Below are positions 7,964 to 20,255 of a stretch of DNA of 55,861 nt, piece by piece; the first letter of the stretch is position 1; each line of letters opens with the position of its first letter. The notes under the pieces were generated by a model. It was given only the letters and a program-made list of their open reading frames with translations, was not told where the DNA came from and made no database searches. The DNA is from an uncultured Methanosarcinales archaeon (lineage in GTDB: Archaea > Nanobdellota > Nanobdellia > Woesearchaeales > DSVV01): positions 1 to 55,861 of the forward strand of contig CAZQHZ010000009.1 in the NCBI GenBank assembly GCA_964593285.1, read 5' to 3'. Position numbers and translations under genes: made by a program.

Positions 7964-10564
7964 TTGCTTCGCACTGGACTTAAATTTGATGAAATCAAAA
8001 ATATGCGGTGTTTTCAAATATATAGTGATAAAGACGAAATATGTATGAGTTGTAACATTAATTCATGTTTAAATGTAAAAAAAAAATGTGAATTTGAAAT
8101 AAAAAAATATAATCCAAAAATTAAAAAAAATATTCATTTAGGTGTTTCAATATATCCTTTATTTGATGATAAAAATAAAATAGAAAAAATTGTACATTTA
8201 ACAAAAAACATAACACAAAGAAAGATATATGAAAAAAAAATAAATTCATTAAATGAACAACTATTTAAATTATACAATAATTCATCCCAACTTCAAAAAT
8301 CATTAGATGTAGAAAAAACATATAATATTGCAATAAAAGCTTTTGAATCTTTAGGTTTTGATCGAATTAGAATATATCTACATTCAAATAATTTACTATA
8401 TGGTGTAAAATGTAATTATGTTAAAGATGAAATTTTCAAAAAAATAAAATTTCCAGTTGATAAAAAACATAAAAAAGCCTATGAATGTATTACAACTAAA
8501 AAACCAACAATACATGAAACAACAGGAAAAACAATAATTTCAAAAAAATTAAATAAACCAAAAGGGCTAAAAACTGCAAGTTTACCTTTGCTTTCTGAAA
8601 ATAGAGTTGTTGGGATGATTAGTTTTGACAATTATTATTCAAAAAAAGAATTTTCCAAAGAAAACCTAATGTTACTTATGACATTTACAAACCAAATTGC
8701 AAGTTCTATTGAAAGTTCAAAATATTATAAAATTAATTTAAATCAAGTTAAAAAATTATCTGCATTATATGAAATTTCAACAACAATAAGCCAAACTCTA
8801 GATTTACAAAAAATTTTGAATATGATTGTAATTAGAGTTGTTAAATTACTAAAAGTAGATAGATGTTCAATTATGCTATTTGATTCAAAAAAAGAAAAAT
8901 TAATTGATGAAGCAGTATTTGATGTTAAAGATATTAATCCAACATATTTGAATATTGATTATAAAAAAAAAAATATATTTAAAAAAATAATTAAAATTTC
9001 ACGACCTTATTATTTTGAAGATATTAAAAAAAATAAAGAAATTTATGAAAATTTATTCAATAAAAATACAAAAATAACTTCAATGCTTTCTCTCCCTTTG
9101 TTTCTTGAAAATGAACCTATAGGAATTATAAATATTTATACAAAAATTAAGAAAGAATTTAAAGATGAAGAAATTAATTTATTAAAAACATTAGCAAATC
9201 ATATATCAATTATAATTGAAAATTCAAAACTTTATGAAAGAATAAAATTTGATAAAGAAAATTTTTCATATTTGTTAAATATAAGTAAAGATATAAATGT
9301 TATTCATGATTTTAACGAACTAATAGATATTTCACTAAAACATACAATTTCTTTAACAAATGCAGATTGTGGCTTTGTATTAACATTAAATAAAAACGAT
9401 GAAGAATTAAATAATCTTAAAAATAAAACAAAAACTAATGAAAATAAATTTGATTTAAAATGTAATATTGGATTTAATAAACGTAATTTACAAAATATTA
9501 GTAAAAATTTAATTAATGAAATTAATGAAATTAAAAAAAAGAAAAAAATAATTATTTCAAATGAAAATATTTTTAGAAAAAATAAATTTTTAAAAAAAGA
9601 ATCTAAATCTTTTGCATTAATACCGATAATTAAAAATAATCAAGTCTTTGGTATTTTCTATCTTGAAAGTAAAAAAGAAAATAATTTTAAATTTTCAATA
9701 AAATCTTTGGGTATTTTAACTAATCACGTTAGTGTTGCAATTGAAAACATAATTTTATATAATAAAATTTTAAATTTTAATAAAGATCTTGAAAAAAAAA
9801 TAGCAGATGCAACAAAAGAATTAAAAGAAAAAAATATACAATTAAAAAAAATTGATCAAATTAAATCAGAATTTGTATCTAATGTAAGTCATGAATTACG
9901 AACACCACTTACAAGTATCAGTGGATATTCAAAACTAATTTCTATGGAAAAATTAGGTAAAATAACAAAAAAACAAAAAGAATCTCTAAAAGTTATAATT
10001 AATGAAAGTGATAGACTTACAAGATTAATTAATGATGTTTTAGATTTATCAAAACTTGAAGCTGGAAAAATAAAAATAAATAAAGAAAAATTTGATATTA
10101 TAGATTGTATAAATGAAGTAATTAATACTTTAAAATCAATTGCTAATGAAAAAAAGATAAAATTAAAACTTAAAAAAACAGGAAAAAATTTTACAATCGA
10201 TGCAGGAAGAGATTTAATAAAACAAGTTTTAATCAATTTAATTAATAATGCAATAAAATTTAGCTACAATAACAATTCAGTTGAAATAATTGTTAAAAGT
10301 TTAAAAGATAATTTTAAAATAACTATAAAAGATAAAGGAAGAGGAATATCAAAAGAATTCTTACCAAAATTATTTAATAAATTCTACCAAATAGACAGTT
10401 CCCTAACAAGGGAGCATGGTGGAACTGGGCTTGGATTAGTTATAGTAAAACATATTGTTGATTTACATAATGGTAAAATAGATGTTAAATCTAAATTAAA
10501 TAAAGGAAGCGAATTTACGATTATTTTACCAAAAAAACAACCAAAAAATCTTGAAAATAATTAA
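7964..10564 (+). CDS. Soluble sensor histidine kinase (PAS-3xGAF-HisKA-HATPase); true start probably 7430
   Basis: GAF motifs (SLPLL..GMISFD, SLPLF..GIINIY, LIPII..GIFYLE); SHELRTPL, NNAIKF, DKGRG, GGTGLGL. Confidence 0.88.
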   Translation: MLRTGLKFDEIKNMRCFQIYSDKDEICMSCNINSCLNVKKKCEFEIKKYNPKIKKNIHLGVSIYPLFDDKNKIEKIVHLTKNITQRKIYEKKINSLNEQLFKLYNNSSQLQKSLDVEKTYNIAIKAFESLGFDRIRIYLHSNNLLYGVKCNYVKDEIFKKIKFPVDKKHKKAYECITTKKPTIHETTGKTIISKKLNKPKGLKTASLPLLSENRVVGMISFDNYYSKKEFSKENLMLLMTFTNQIASSIESSKYYKINLNQVKKLSALYEISTTISQTLDLQKILNMIVIRVVKLLKVDRCSIMLFDSKKEKLIDEAVFDVKDINPTYLNIDYKKKNIFKKIIKISRPYYFEDIKKNKEIYENLFNKNTKITSMLSLPLFLENEPIGIINIYTKIKKEFKDEEINLLKTLANHISIIIENSKLYERIKFDKENFSYLLNISKDINVIHDFNELIDISLKHTISLTNADCGFVLTLNKNDEELNNLKNKTKTNENKFDLKCNIGFNKRNLQNISKNLINEINEIKKKKKIIISNENIFRKNKFLKKESKSFALIPIIKNNQVFGIFYLESKKENNFKFSIKSLGILTNHVSVAIENIILYNKILNFNKDLEKKIADATKELKEKNIQLKKIDQIKSEFVSNVSHELRTPLTSISGYSKLISMEKLGKITKKQKESLKVIINESDRLTRLINDVLDLSKLEAGKIKINKEKFDIIDCINEVINTLKSIANEKKIKLKLKKTGKNFTIDAGRDLIKQVLINLINNAIKFSYNNNSVEIIVKSLKDNFKITIKDKGRGISKEFLPKLFNKFYQIDSSLTREHGGTGLGLVIVKHIVDLHNGKIDVKSKLNKGSEFTIILPKKQPKNLENN

Positions 10565-10569
10565 CTTAT

Positions 10570-10821
10570 CTAAGATTTTGTGTAAATATTATTAGATTTA
10601 TATCTATATTCTTCTTTTTTATTATAATCCTTTGAGAAATGATCAAAAGATAGATTAACATAATCAAATAAACGCATTGATTTGCCGTTTTTTATTATAT
10701 TTATTTTTTTATAATTATCTAAATTTGAATAATTGTTCGAATTTTGTAATTTATATAAATATTCAAGATTAACCCTTTTAAAGTCAGATATTTTTTTAAA
10801 ATTTTGTTTTTTAATGACCAT
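10570..10821 (-). CDS. Hypothetical protein
   Basis: 83-aa ORF filling the intergenic gap; no recognisable motif. Confidence 0.4.
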   Translation of the reverse strand: MVIKKQNFKKISDFKRVNLEYLYKLQNSNNYSNLDNYKKINIIKNGKSMRLFDYVNLSFDHFSKDYNKKEEYRYKSNNIYTKS

Positions 10822-10919
10822 TTTTTAAAAAAACAACACAACATATTTAAATTTTGTTATCATTTAGTAGTTAAAAATTATTACAAAGAATTTTAAAGAT
10901 AATTTTATTTCAAAATTTT

Positions 10920-13094
<2,175 letters not shown>

Positions 13095-13153
13095 TATTTA
13101 ATTATATTAATAAACCAAACATATTTATATTAATTAATAAAATAAATAACAAA

Positions 13154-14089
13154 ATGAAAAAAAATAATTCACCAATAATTTTTGAAGATTATAAAGAAGT
13201 AAAAATTGAATATTGCAGACTTTGTAAAAAATTTAAAGATAAAAATCAATATATATCAAAAGAAGAATTTAAAAAAATATTTCCAAAATTACTTTATTCA
13301 AACATAGCATTTAATCATAAACCAAATAATTTTTATGTACAAGATGACATATTAGATAATCCAAATAAAAAAGAAACTATTAAAATTATTGCAACCGCAA
13401 TTGTAAATGAAAAAGAAATTGAAGAAGAAGTAGCACTTGATGTTAGTTTTCAAAAAAAAATCTGCGATTTATGTTCAAAAATTAAAGGAGGGTATTATGA
13501 AGGAATATTTCAATTAAGAAATAAAGAAAATAAAGATTATAAAAAAGTATTAAATGAAATTGATGTACTTGTTTTAGAGCGAAAAAATGTTGCAATTACA
13601 AAAAAAATAGATCAAAAAACTGGAGCTGATTTATATTTTACTGATCAAAAATTATTACAAGCAATCGGACAAACATTATATAAAAAATATGGTGGAACTT
13701 TTAAAAAAAGTGTTAAATTATTTAGTGAAGATAGACAAAGTAGTAAAAAAGTTTATAGAATGAATGTTTTATTAAGATTACCAGAATTTAATTTTGGTGA
13801 TATTGTAAAAATAAATAATGAATATTATAAAATAATTTCTTTCTCAAAAGATAAAATAACAATTAATTCGCTTGATACATTAAAAACTAAAAAAATTTCA
13901 AACAATATAGATATTGAATTAATTGCACAAAAAAAAGACTATCTTAAAACAACAGTTATTAAAAAAAAACCACAAATTGAAGTTTTACATCCTAAAACTT
14001 TCCAAAGTGTTCCTTTATCAAACAATGTTGAAATTTTTAATAACGAAATTAATATAGTAATTATAGATGATAAAATATATTGTGTCTAA
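13154..14089 (+). CDS. NMD3-family ribosome-associated protein
   Basis: CxxC pairs (CRLC, CDLC), GYYEGIFQLR, GADLYF, C-terminal OB-like region (QIEVLHPKTFQ). Confidence 0.85.
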   Translation: MKKNNSPIIFEDYKEVKIEYCRLCKKFKDKNQYISKEEFKKIFPKLLYSNIAFNHKPNNFYVQDDILDNPNKKETIKIIATAIVNEKEIEEEVALDVSFQKKICDLCSKIKGGYYEGIFQLRNKENKDYKKVLNEIDVLVLERKNVAITKKIDQKTGADLYFTDQKLLQAIGQTLYKKYGGTFKKSVKLFSEDRQSSKKVYRMNVLLRLPEFNFGDIVKINNEYYKIISFSKDKITINSLDTLKTKKISNNIDIELIAQKKDYLKTTVIKKKPQIEVLHPKTFQSVPLSNNVEIFNNEINIVIIDDKIYCV

Positions 14090-14168
14090 AACACAAATAA
14101 TAATTTTAAATCAAAATTTAATATTTTTAAATATTTAATTCTATCTTATAAAAAACATTTGATTTTTT

Positions 14169-14390
14169 GTAAGTATAAAGTCAGGTATAAAAAAAGGCAA
14201 TATCTTCAAAACTTTTTATGATTTTATTAAAGGTTCTGCGTTCCCGTATGGAGTTCTATCACTAGCGTTCAAAAGTTTATAATCTTACGAGATTATAAAC
14301 CAACCCCTCGCAAGCGAACTATATTTTTTGTTATAACAAAGTTTTGACCTTATGATATTGCCTTTTTTCAAATATAGACTTTATACTTAC
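14169..14390. mobile_element. MITE copy 1 (IS66-like ends)
   Basis: Perfect 14-bp TIR GTAAGTATAAAGTC / GACTTTATACTTAC; further inner inverted blocks; flanked by the 8-bp direct repeat GATTTTTT (14161-14168, 14391-14398); homologous copy at 45768-45947. Confidence 0.85.
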
Positions 14391-14494
14391 GATTTTTTAG
14401 AATCTAATTAATTAATTTTACAAAAGTTAAAATTAAAAACATTTTTATATTAAATTACCTTAAAATAAGCAATTTATTAAAGGAGGTATAATAA

Positions 14495-14692
14495 ATGTTT
14501 AAATTAAATTATAAAAATTTAGGATTTTTTGATATTGGAATGATTAAATGGTCAGTTTTATTTTTTACATTATTTTTAGTATCAGTATGGCCACAATTTA
14601 CAAATTTCATAGTAAATACACACCCAGCCATATTTTTAGTAATAGCCTTATTACTTGGAATAAAACCAATAATAACAGTATTTAAAAAATAA
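14495..14692 (+). CDS. Small two-TM membrane protein
   Basis: SD AGGAGGT; two hydrophobic helices. Confidence 0.8.
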   Translation: MFKLNYKNLGFFDIGMIKWSVLFFTLFLVSVWPQFTNFIVNTHPAIFLVIALLLGIKPIITVFKK

Positions 14693-14693
14693 T

Positions 14694-15689
14694 TTATTTT
14701 ATTTTTTTAATTATTTTTTTTGTTGCAGTAATTCCTGCATTTATTGCAAAATTTGCTTTATCTAAATTTAAAACACTAACACCTTTAATATTTGGCTTAA
14801 TTATAATTAAATTTTTAGAATTTTTAATTTTCTCTAAAATTAATTGATTCATCAAGATATAAATACTTTTAGATAAAATATTAAATACTTCTGGAATATT
14901 ATCAACATAATTTTTTTTCATTAACTTTTTTGGATTAAAAAATTTATCAACCATCTTTTCAATTGAAATTTTTGCAAAGTGAGGTACTTTTTTATTTTTA
15001 TATTTAGTTAAATATTCTTTAATAAATTCATTTTGACCTTCAAGAAATTTTTGTTTCATAAATAAATGAAACTCGCTTTTCGTATCAATTCCAAAAATTT
15101 TATTTTGATTCATTATAAACTCTTCTTTATCATAACTTAAATCAACGGCAATAATTTTTTTAAATTTATTAAGTTTTTTTGTATCAATAGGCAAAGGTTC
15201 AACTAAACCACCATCAACCAAAAGCCAATTTTCATATTTTAATGGTGTAAAAATGCCAGGTATTGCCATGCTTGCATAAACTGCATTTGCAACATTTCCT
15301 TTATTTAATAAAACTTTTTTTCCAGTTTTAATGTCTGAAGCAACAACTTCAAGAGGAATTTTTAATTGTGAAAATTTTTTGTTTTTAAGCAATTTATTTA
15401 GATAATCTTTTATTTTTTTCCCACTAATTAAACCTTTTTTTGGAAATACAAATTTTAACTTTTCTTTCCATTCATCTAAAAATGATATTTCTTTTATTTC
15501 TTTTGCACTATAGCCACTACAATATAATGCACCAATAATTGCCCCCATACTAGTTCCAGAAATAAATGATGGTTTTAAATTGTGTTTTTCCAATTCTTCT
15601 AAAACACCAATATGTGAAAATCCTCTAGCACCACCACTACATAAAACCAAAGCAAACTTTTCTTTATTTTGTTTTGTTTTTTTAGTCAT
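14694..15689 (-). CDS. Patatin-like phospholipase
   Basis: SGGARG oxyanion loop, GTSMG nucleophile elbow, DGG motif. Confidence 0.92.
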   Translation of the reverse strand: MTKKTKQNKEKFALVLCSGGARGFSHIGVLEELEKHNLKPSFISGTSMGAIIGALYCSGYSAKEIKEISFLDEWKEKLKFVFPKKGLISGKKIKDYLNKLLKNKKFSQLKIPLEVVASDIKTGKKVLLNKGNVANAVYASMAIPGIFTPLKYENWLLVDGGLVEPLPIDTKKLNKFKKIIAVDLSYDKEEFIMNQNKIFGIDTKSEFHLFMKQKFLEGQNEFIKEYLTKYKNKKVPHFAKISIEKMVDKFFNPKKLMKKNYVDNIPEVFNILSKSIYILMNQLILEKIKNSKNLIIIKPNIKGVSVLNLDKANFAINAGITATKKIIKKIK

Positions 15690-15730
15690 TTTTATAATTG
15701 ATATATTTTAAATAACTATTAATAAACTAT

Positions 15731-16891
15731 TTAAATATTTTCTTTTCGCTCTGCTTTATAATCATCAACAACTTTATTTATTAAATTAATTTTAGATAAA
15801 TTACTATAATAGTCATCTTTTAAAATAAAATAATATTTTTTTGTTTCAACTAAATTAAGTTTTTTTAAATCAAAAACTATTAAATTGTAATAATTTTTAT
15901 TCTTATTAAAATCTAAAATTAAAATGATATTATTTTTTTTAAGTAAATTAATTTGTGTTTTATTTAAGATATTAAAATCATCTAAATAAATAATTTTAAA
16001 ATTATTTATTTCATTTTCAAAAAAATATTTTATATTTTTCCGATTTAATTTTTTAACTAAAAAATAATCATTAAAATTTAAAATTATTTTATTAAAAATA
16101 TTTAATTCATAAGTTAAATTTTTATTAATATTTTTTTCATTAAATAATTTTTTTTCTAACTTTTTTAACTTTTGATTTAAATTAAAATCAAAATAATTAT
16201 TTGTTTCTTTTAATATTAATTTATTTAATTTTTTATTTTCTTTCCTTTCTTTTTTTAATTTTTGTTTTAAATCTAAAATTTCATTTTCATATAAATTTAT
16301 TTGTTCATTTAATAAATTTATTTTTTCTAAAAATGTTCTTGAATCAATTTTGTCAATATTTTTATTAACTATTGTTTTAATTATATTATCTTCTTTAATT
16401 AAAGTATTCTCTTTATTTATTAAAGAATGAGCAAAATTAATTGAATAATTTTTTAATAAAACATAAAAAAAAAGTTTATTTTCAATTTTTTTTGATAAAT
16501 TATTTATTAAAACATATCTTTTAATTTTATTAATTGTTATTTTATATTTTTTAAATGCAAATAAAGCACTTGCAAGTGCATCCATTTCATGATCATTGTT
16601 TGTTTTAAAATTTTTTGTAATTTCTCGTTTTTCATTAACTAATAAATCATTTTTTGGATTAAAAATTTTAGCTCCAGTTTTTGCTGAAAAATTTTTAATA
16701 AACTCAGGAACATTTGCTTTATCAGTTGATACAATTAAAGGAAGTCCTAATTTTGAAATTTCAAAAATTATTTTTGATAAATTAAACTCCTTTGACGACA
16801 TAATTTTAATAACTTTACAATTAAAATCAATACATGCATATGCAGTAGTAGTTCCAGGATCTAATCCTATAATAATTGGAATATTTGCCAT
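15731..16891 (-). CDS. DUF460-family protein (RNase H-like N-terminus plus coiled coil)
   Basis: IIGLDPGTTTA, VSTDK, NDHEMDALASA; start placed at the second Met (16891) rather than 16951. Confidence 0.8.
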   Translation of the reverse strand: MANIPIIIGLDPGTTTAYACIDFNCKVIKIMSSKEFNLSKIIFEISKLGLPLIVSTDKANVPEFIKNFSAKTGAKIFNPKNDLLVNEKREITKNFKTNNDHEMDALASALFAFKKYKITINKIKRYVLINNLSKKIENKLFFYVLLKNYSINFAHSLINKENTLIKEDNIIKTIVNKNIDKIDSRTFLEKINLLNEQINLYENEILDLKQKLKKERKENKKLNKLILKETNNYFDFNLNQKLKKLEKKLFNEKNINKNLTYELNIFNKIILNFNDYFLVKKLNRKNIKYFFENEINNFKIIYLDDFNILNKTQINLLKKNNIILILDFNKNKNYYNLIVFDLKKLNLVETKKYYFILKDDYYSNLSKINLINKVVDDYKAERKENI

Positions 16892-16982
16892 ATTAAAATT
16901 AGGAAATATTAGCGTATATAATAATATTTTTAAAATATTAATAATAAACAAATTTTATAAATTTTAAAATAATTCTAAATTC

Positions 16983-17297
16983 ATGCCTAAATACAAATCA
17001 AACGAAAAGCAAAAAGAAAAAAAAATTGCAATATCAAGAATTCATCAATTATTTAAACTTGCAAATGAAATGCACAAAGAAGATTCTAATCTATCTAATA
17101 GATATGTTGAAATTGCAAGAAAAATTAGCATGAAAATAAAAGTTAGAATTCCATCAATTTACAAACGACAATATTGTAAAAAATGCTATTCCTTTTTAAT
17201 TCCTGGAAATAATACTAGAGTTAGAATTACCGGAAAAACAATTACTTATTACTGTAAAAACTGTAAACATTACAATAGAGTTGGATATAAAAATTAA
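16983..17297 (+). CDS. rnp4: Ribonuclease P protein component 4 (Rpp21)
   Basis: IAISRIHQLF, RYVEIARKISMK, KRQYCKKC..LIPG..RVR..CKNC zinc ribbon. Confidence 0.92.
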   Translation: MPKYKSNEKQKEKKIAISRIHQLFKLANEMHKEDSNLSNRYVEIARKISMKIKVRIPSIYKRQYCKKCYSFLIPGNNTRVRITGKTITYYCKNCKHYNRVGYKN

Positions 17298-17301
17298 AAA
17301 A

Positions 17302-17401
17302 NNNNNNNNNNNNNNNNNNNNNNNNNNNNNNNNNNNNNNNNNNNNNNNNNNNNNNNNNNNNNNNNNNNNNNNNNNNNNNNNNNNNNNNNNNNNNNNNNNN
17401 N
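17302..17401. other. Scaffold gap (100 N)
   Basis: Run of N; hides the leuS stop codon. Confidence 0.99.
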
Positions 17402-20148
17402 TCAACAATAATTGCAGGTTTTTTTGGCATTGCTTGTTTTGCTTTATCTTCAGTTGACTCTTCCTCTAAAACAACATTTATTATAGCATCTTCAAATTTA
17501 TCTTTAATTAAATTAATATTTTCAGAAACCGCATTTTTTTCAATTTCTTGATTTAATACAATTTTTGGTAATTTTGATTCATCATTAACTAATTTTACAA
17601 TTAATTTTGAAATATCCTTACCATATTTTTTTAATTTATCATCCTGCATAATTGCTTTAATAATTTCACCAGTATTTCTTGTAATACTTAATTGCTCTTT
17701 AACCTTACTAAATAAATCATATTTATATTGCTTTGAAATTATAATGTTTATTTTTTCTGGTTTTTTTATTTTTGCAAGTTCAATTACCTTACGTATATCA
17801 AAAATAATATTATTTATCAATTCGCTACATTCAATTGATTTTTCATCAATTAATGATTCATCAACAACAGGCCACTTTTCTAATGAAATAAAATTTTTAA
17901 AGCCTAACTTTTCATATAACTCTTCAGCTAAATGTGGTGCAACAGGCGATATTAATAATACTGCATTTTTTAATGCATAAAAAAACACTTCTTTATTTTG
18001 TTTATCATACCTATTTAGCTCATTTACAAATTCCATAATTTTTCCAATAGCTAATGACTGCTCAAATTTTTCATAATGATTTGTCACTTTTTTTATTGTT
18101 AAATTTGTTAAACTTAAAATATATTTATCCATAAAAGATAATTTTTCAAAATCAAAATCTTTATTTGAAAATTCATTTTGAATTACTAAATTATAAAATC
18201 TATTTAAAAATTTATAAATCCCTTCAACTCCCTTATCATTCCAGTCTAATTCTTTTTCAGGTAGTGATGCAAATAAAATAAATGTCCTTGCAGTATCTGC
18301 ACCATATTTTTCAATTATCTCTTTTGGCGATACCACATTTCCTTTAGATTTAGACATCTTAAATCCATCTTTTATAACCATACCTTGTGTTAATAATCTT
18401 TTAAAAGGCTCATCAACTTTAGTTAAACCCAAATCTCGTAAAACTTTTGTAAAAAATCTAGCATATAATAAATGAAGTACTGCATGTTCAATACCACCAA
18501 TATATTGATCAACATTCATCCAGTAATCTGCATCCTTTTTATCAAACATACCATCATCAAATTTTGGACTACAAAACCTAAAAAAATACCAGGAACTATC
18601 AACAAAAGTATCCATAGTATCAGTTTCACGTCTTGCATTAATTCCACATTTTGGACATTTAACTTGATTAAACGATTTAGATGTTAAAAGTGGATTTCCA
18701 TCACAATTAAAATCTACATCTTCTGGTAAAAGAACAGGCAAATCTTTTTTTGGAACTTCTAAGATACCACATTTATCACAATAAATAATTGGAATTGGTG
18801 TACCCCAAAATCTTTGTCTTGAAATTAACCAATCTCTAATTTTAAAATTAGTTGTTTTTTTACCAAAATTATTTTTTTCTAAATTTATAGAAATCTTATC
18901 AATTGCTACAGTATTATCTAAACCATTAAATTCATTAGAATTAACTAAAACACCAAAATCAACAAATGCTTTTTTATTTTTTATAATATCTTTTTCTAAA
19001 ATACTTTTATCTTTTGGAATTATAACTTGTTTTATTTTTAAATCATATTTTAATGCAAATTCTAAATCCCGCTGATCATGTGCAGGAACTACCATCACAG
19101 CACCAGTTCCATATTCAAGTAATACATAATCTGCAATAAATAAAGGTGATAATTCATCATTTAACGGATTTTTAACATAATAATTTGTAAAAATACCATT
19201 TTTTTCTTTATTTTCAGTTCTTTGAATATTGCTTTTTTTTAATTGCTCATTTACAAAAAAGGTTAATTTTTCTTTATCTTTATTATTTTCAATGATTTTT
19301 GAAACTAATTTATGTTCTGGAGCTAAAACTAATCCAGTTACACCAAATAAAGTATCAGGCCTTGTTGTAAAAACTTCAATTGTATCAATTTTTTTAGAAT
19401 TTTCATCAACTAAATCAAATTTAATTGTAGTACCATAACTTTTTCCAATCCAATTTTTTTGCATAATTTTAACCTTTTCTGGCCATTCATCTAGTTTTTC
19501 AATATCTTTATCTAACTCGTCAGCATAATCTGTAATTTTAAAAAACCATTGCTCTAAATCTTTTTTTATAACTTCAAAATCACATCTCCAGCATTTTCCA
19601 TCTTCAACCTGTTCATTTGCAAGAACAGTATTACAACCATCGCACCAATTAATTGTAGCTTTTTTTTTATATGCAAGTCCACGTTTGTATAATTCTAAAA
19701 AAAACCATTGATTCCATTTATAATAATCTGGATTTAATGATGCAATTTCTCTATCCCAATCATAACTCATCCCAAGTGATTTTTGTTCATCTCTCATTGA
19801 ATCCATTGAAGAAATTGTCCAGTTTTTTGGATGAATATTATTTTTAATTGCAGCATTTTCTGCAGGCAAACCAAAAGCATCATAACCCATAGGATATAAT
19901 ACATTAAAACCATTCATTCTTTTATATCTAGCATAACTATCACCTAAAGAATAATTTCGAACATGCCCCATATGCATTTTTCCAGAAGGATATGGATACA
20001 TTTCAAGAACATAAAACTTTTTTTTTGAAAAATCAGTATTTGATTTAAATATATTATTTTCATCCCACTTTTTTTGCCATTTTTGACTAATTTTATTAAA
20101 AAAATTAACTTGTTCATTTGTTTGTTTAGTATTATTTTTTTCTTCCAT
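17402..20148 (-). CDS. leuS: Leucyl-tRNA synthetase (bacterial-type core; 3' end runs into the gap)
   Basis: MYPYPSGKMHMGH, TTRPDT and GTGAVMVVPAHDQRD editing domain, DWLISRQRFWG, KMSKS; C-terminal AMPKKPAIIV. Confidence 0.95.
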
Positions 20149-20255
20149 AGAAAATATAAAAAATTAAATCTTATATAAAAAACTTATGGGTAATTTAAAT
20201 AAAAATACGAAAAATATATAAACAATTTAAAAGTTAATTTCCCCTAGATGTTAAA

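Noticed and set aside
14169..14390. SRP RNA, RNase P RNA or retron ncRNA
   Set aside because: No SRP helix-8 or RNase P P4 consensus is visible and no reverse transcriptase is nearby; the TSDs and second copy favour a MITE.
17196..17408. ORF spanning the N run, and the leuS extension to 17242
   Set aside because: Artefacts of translating through the scaffold gap.
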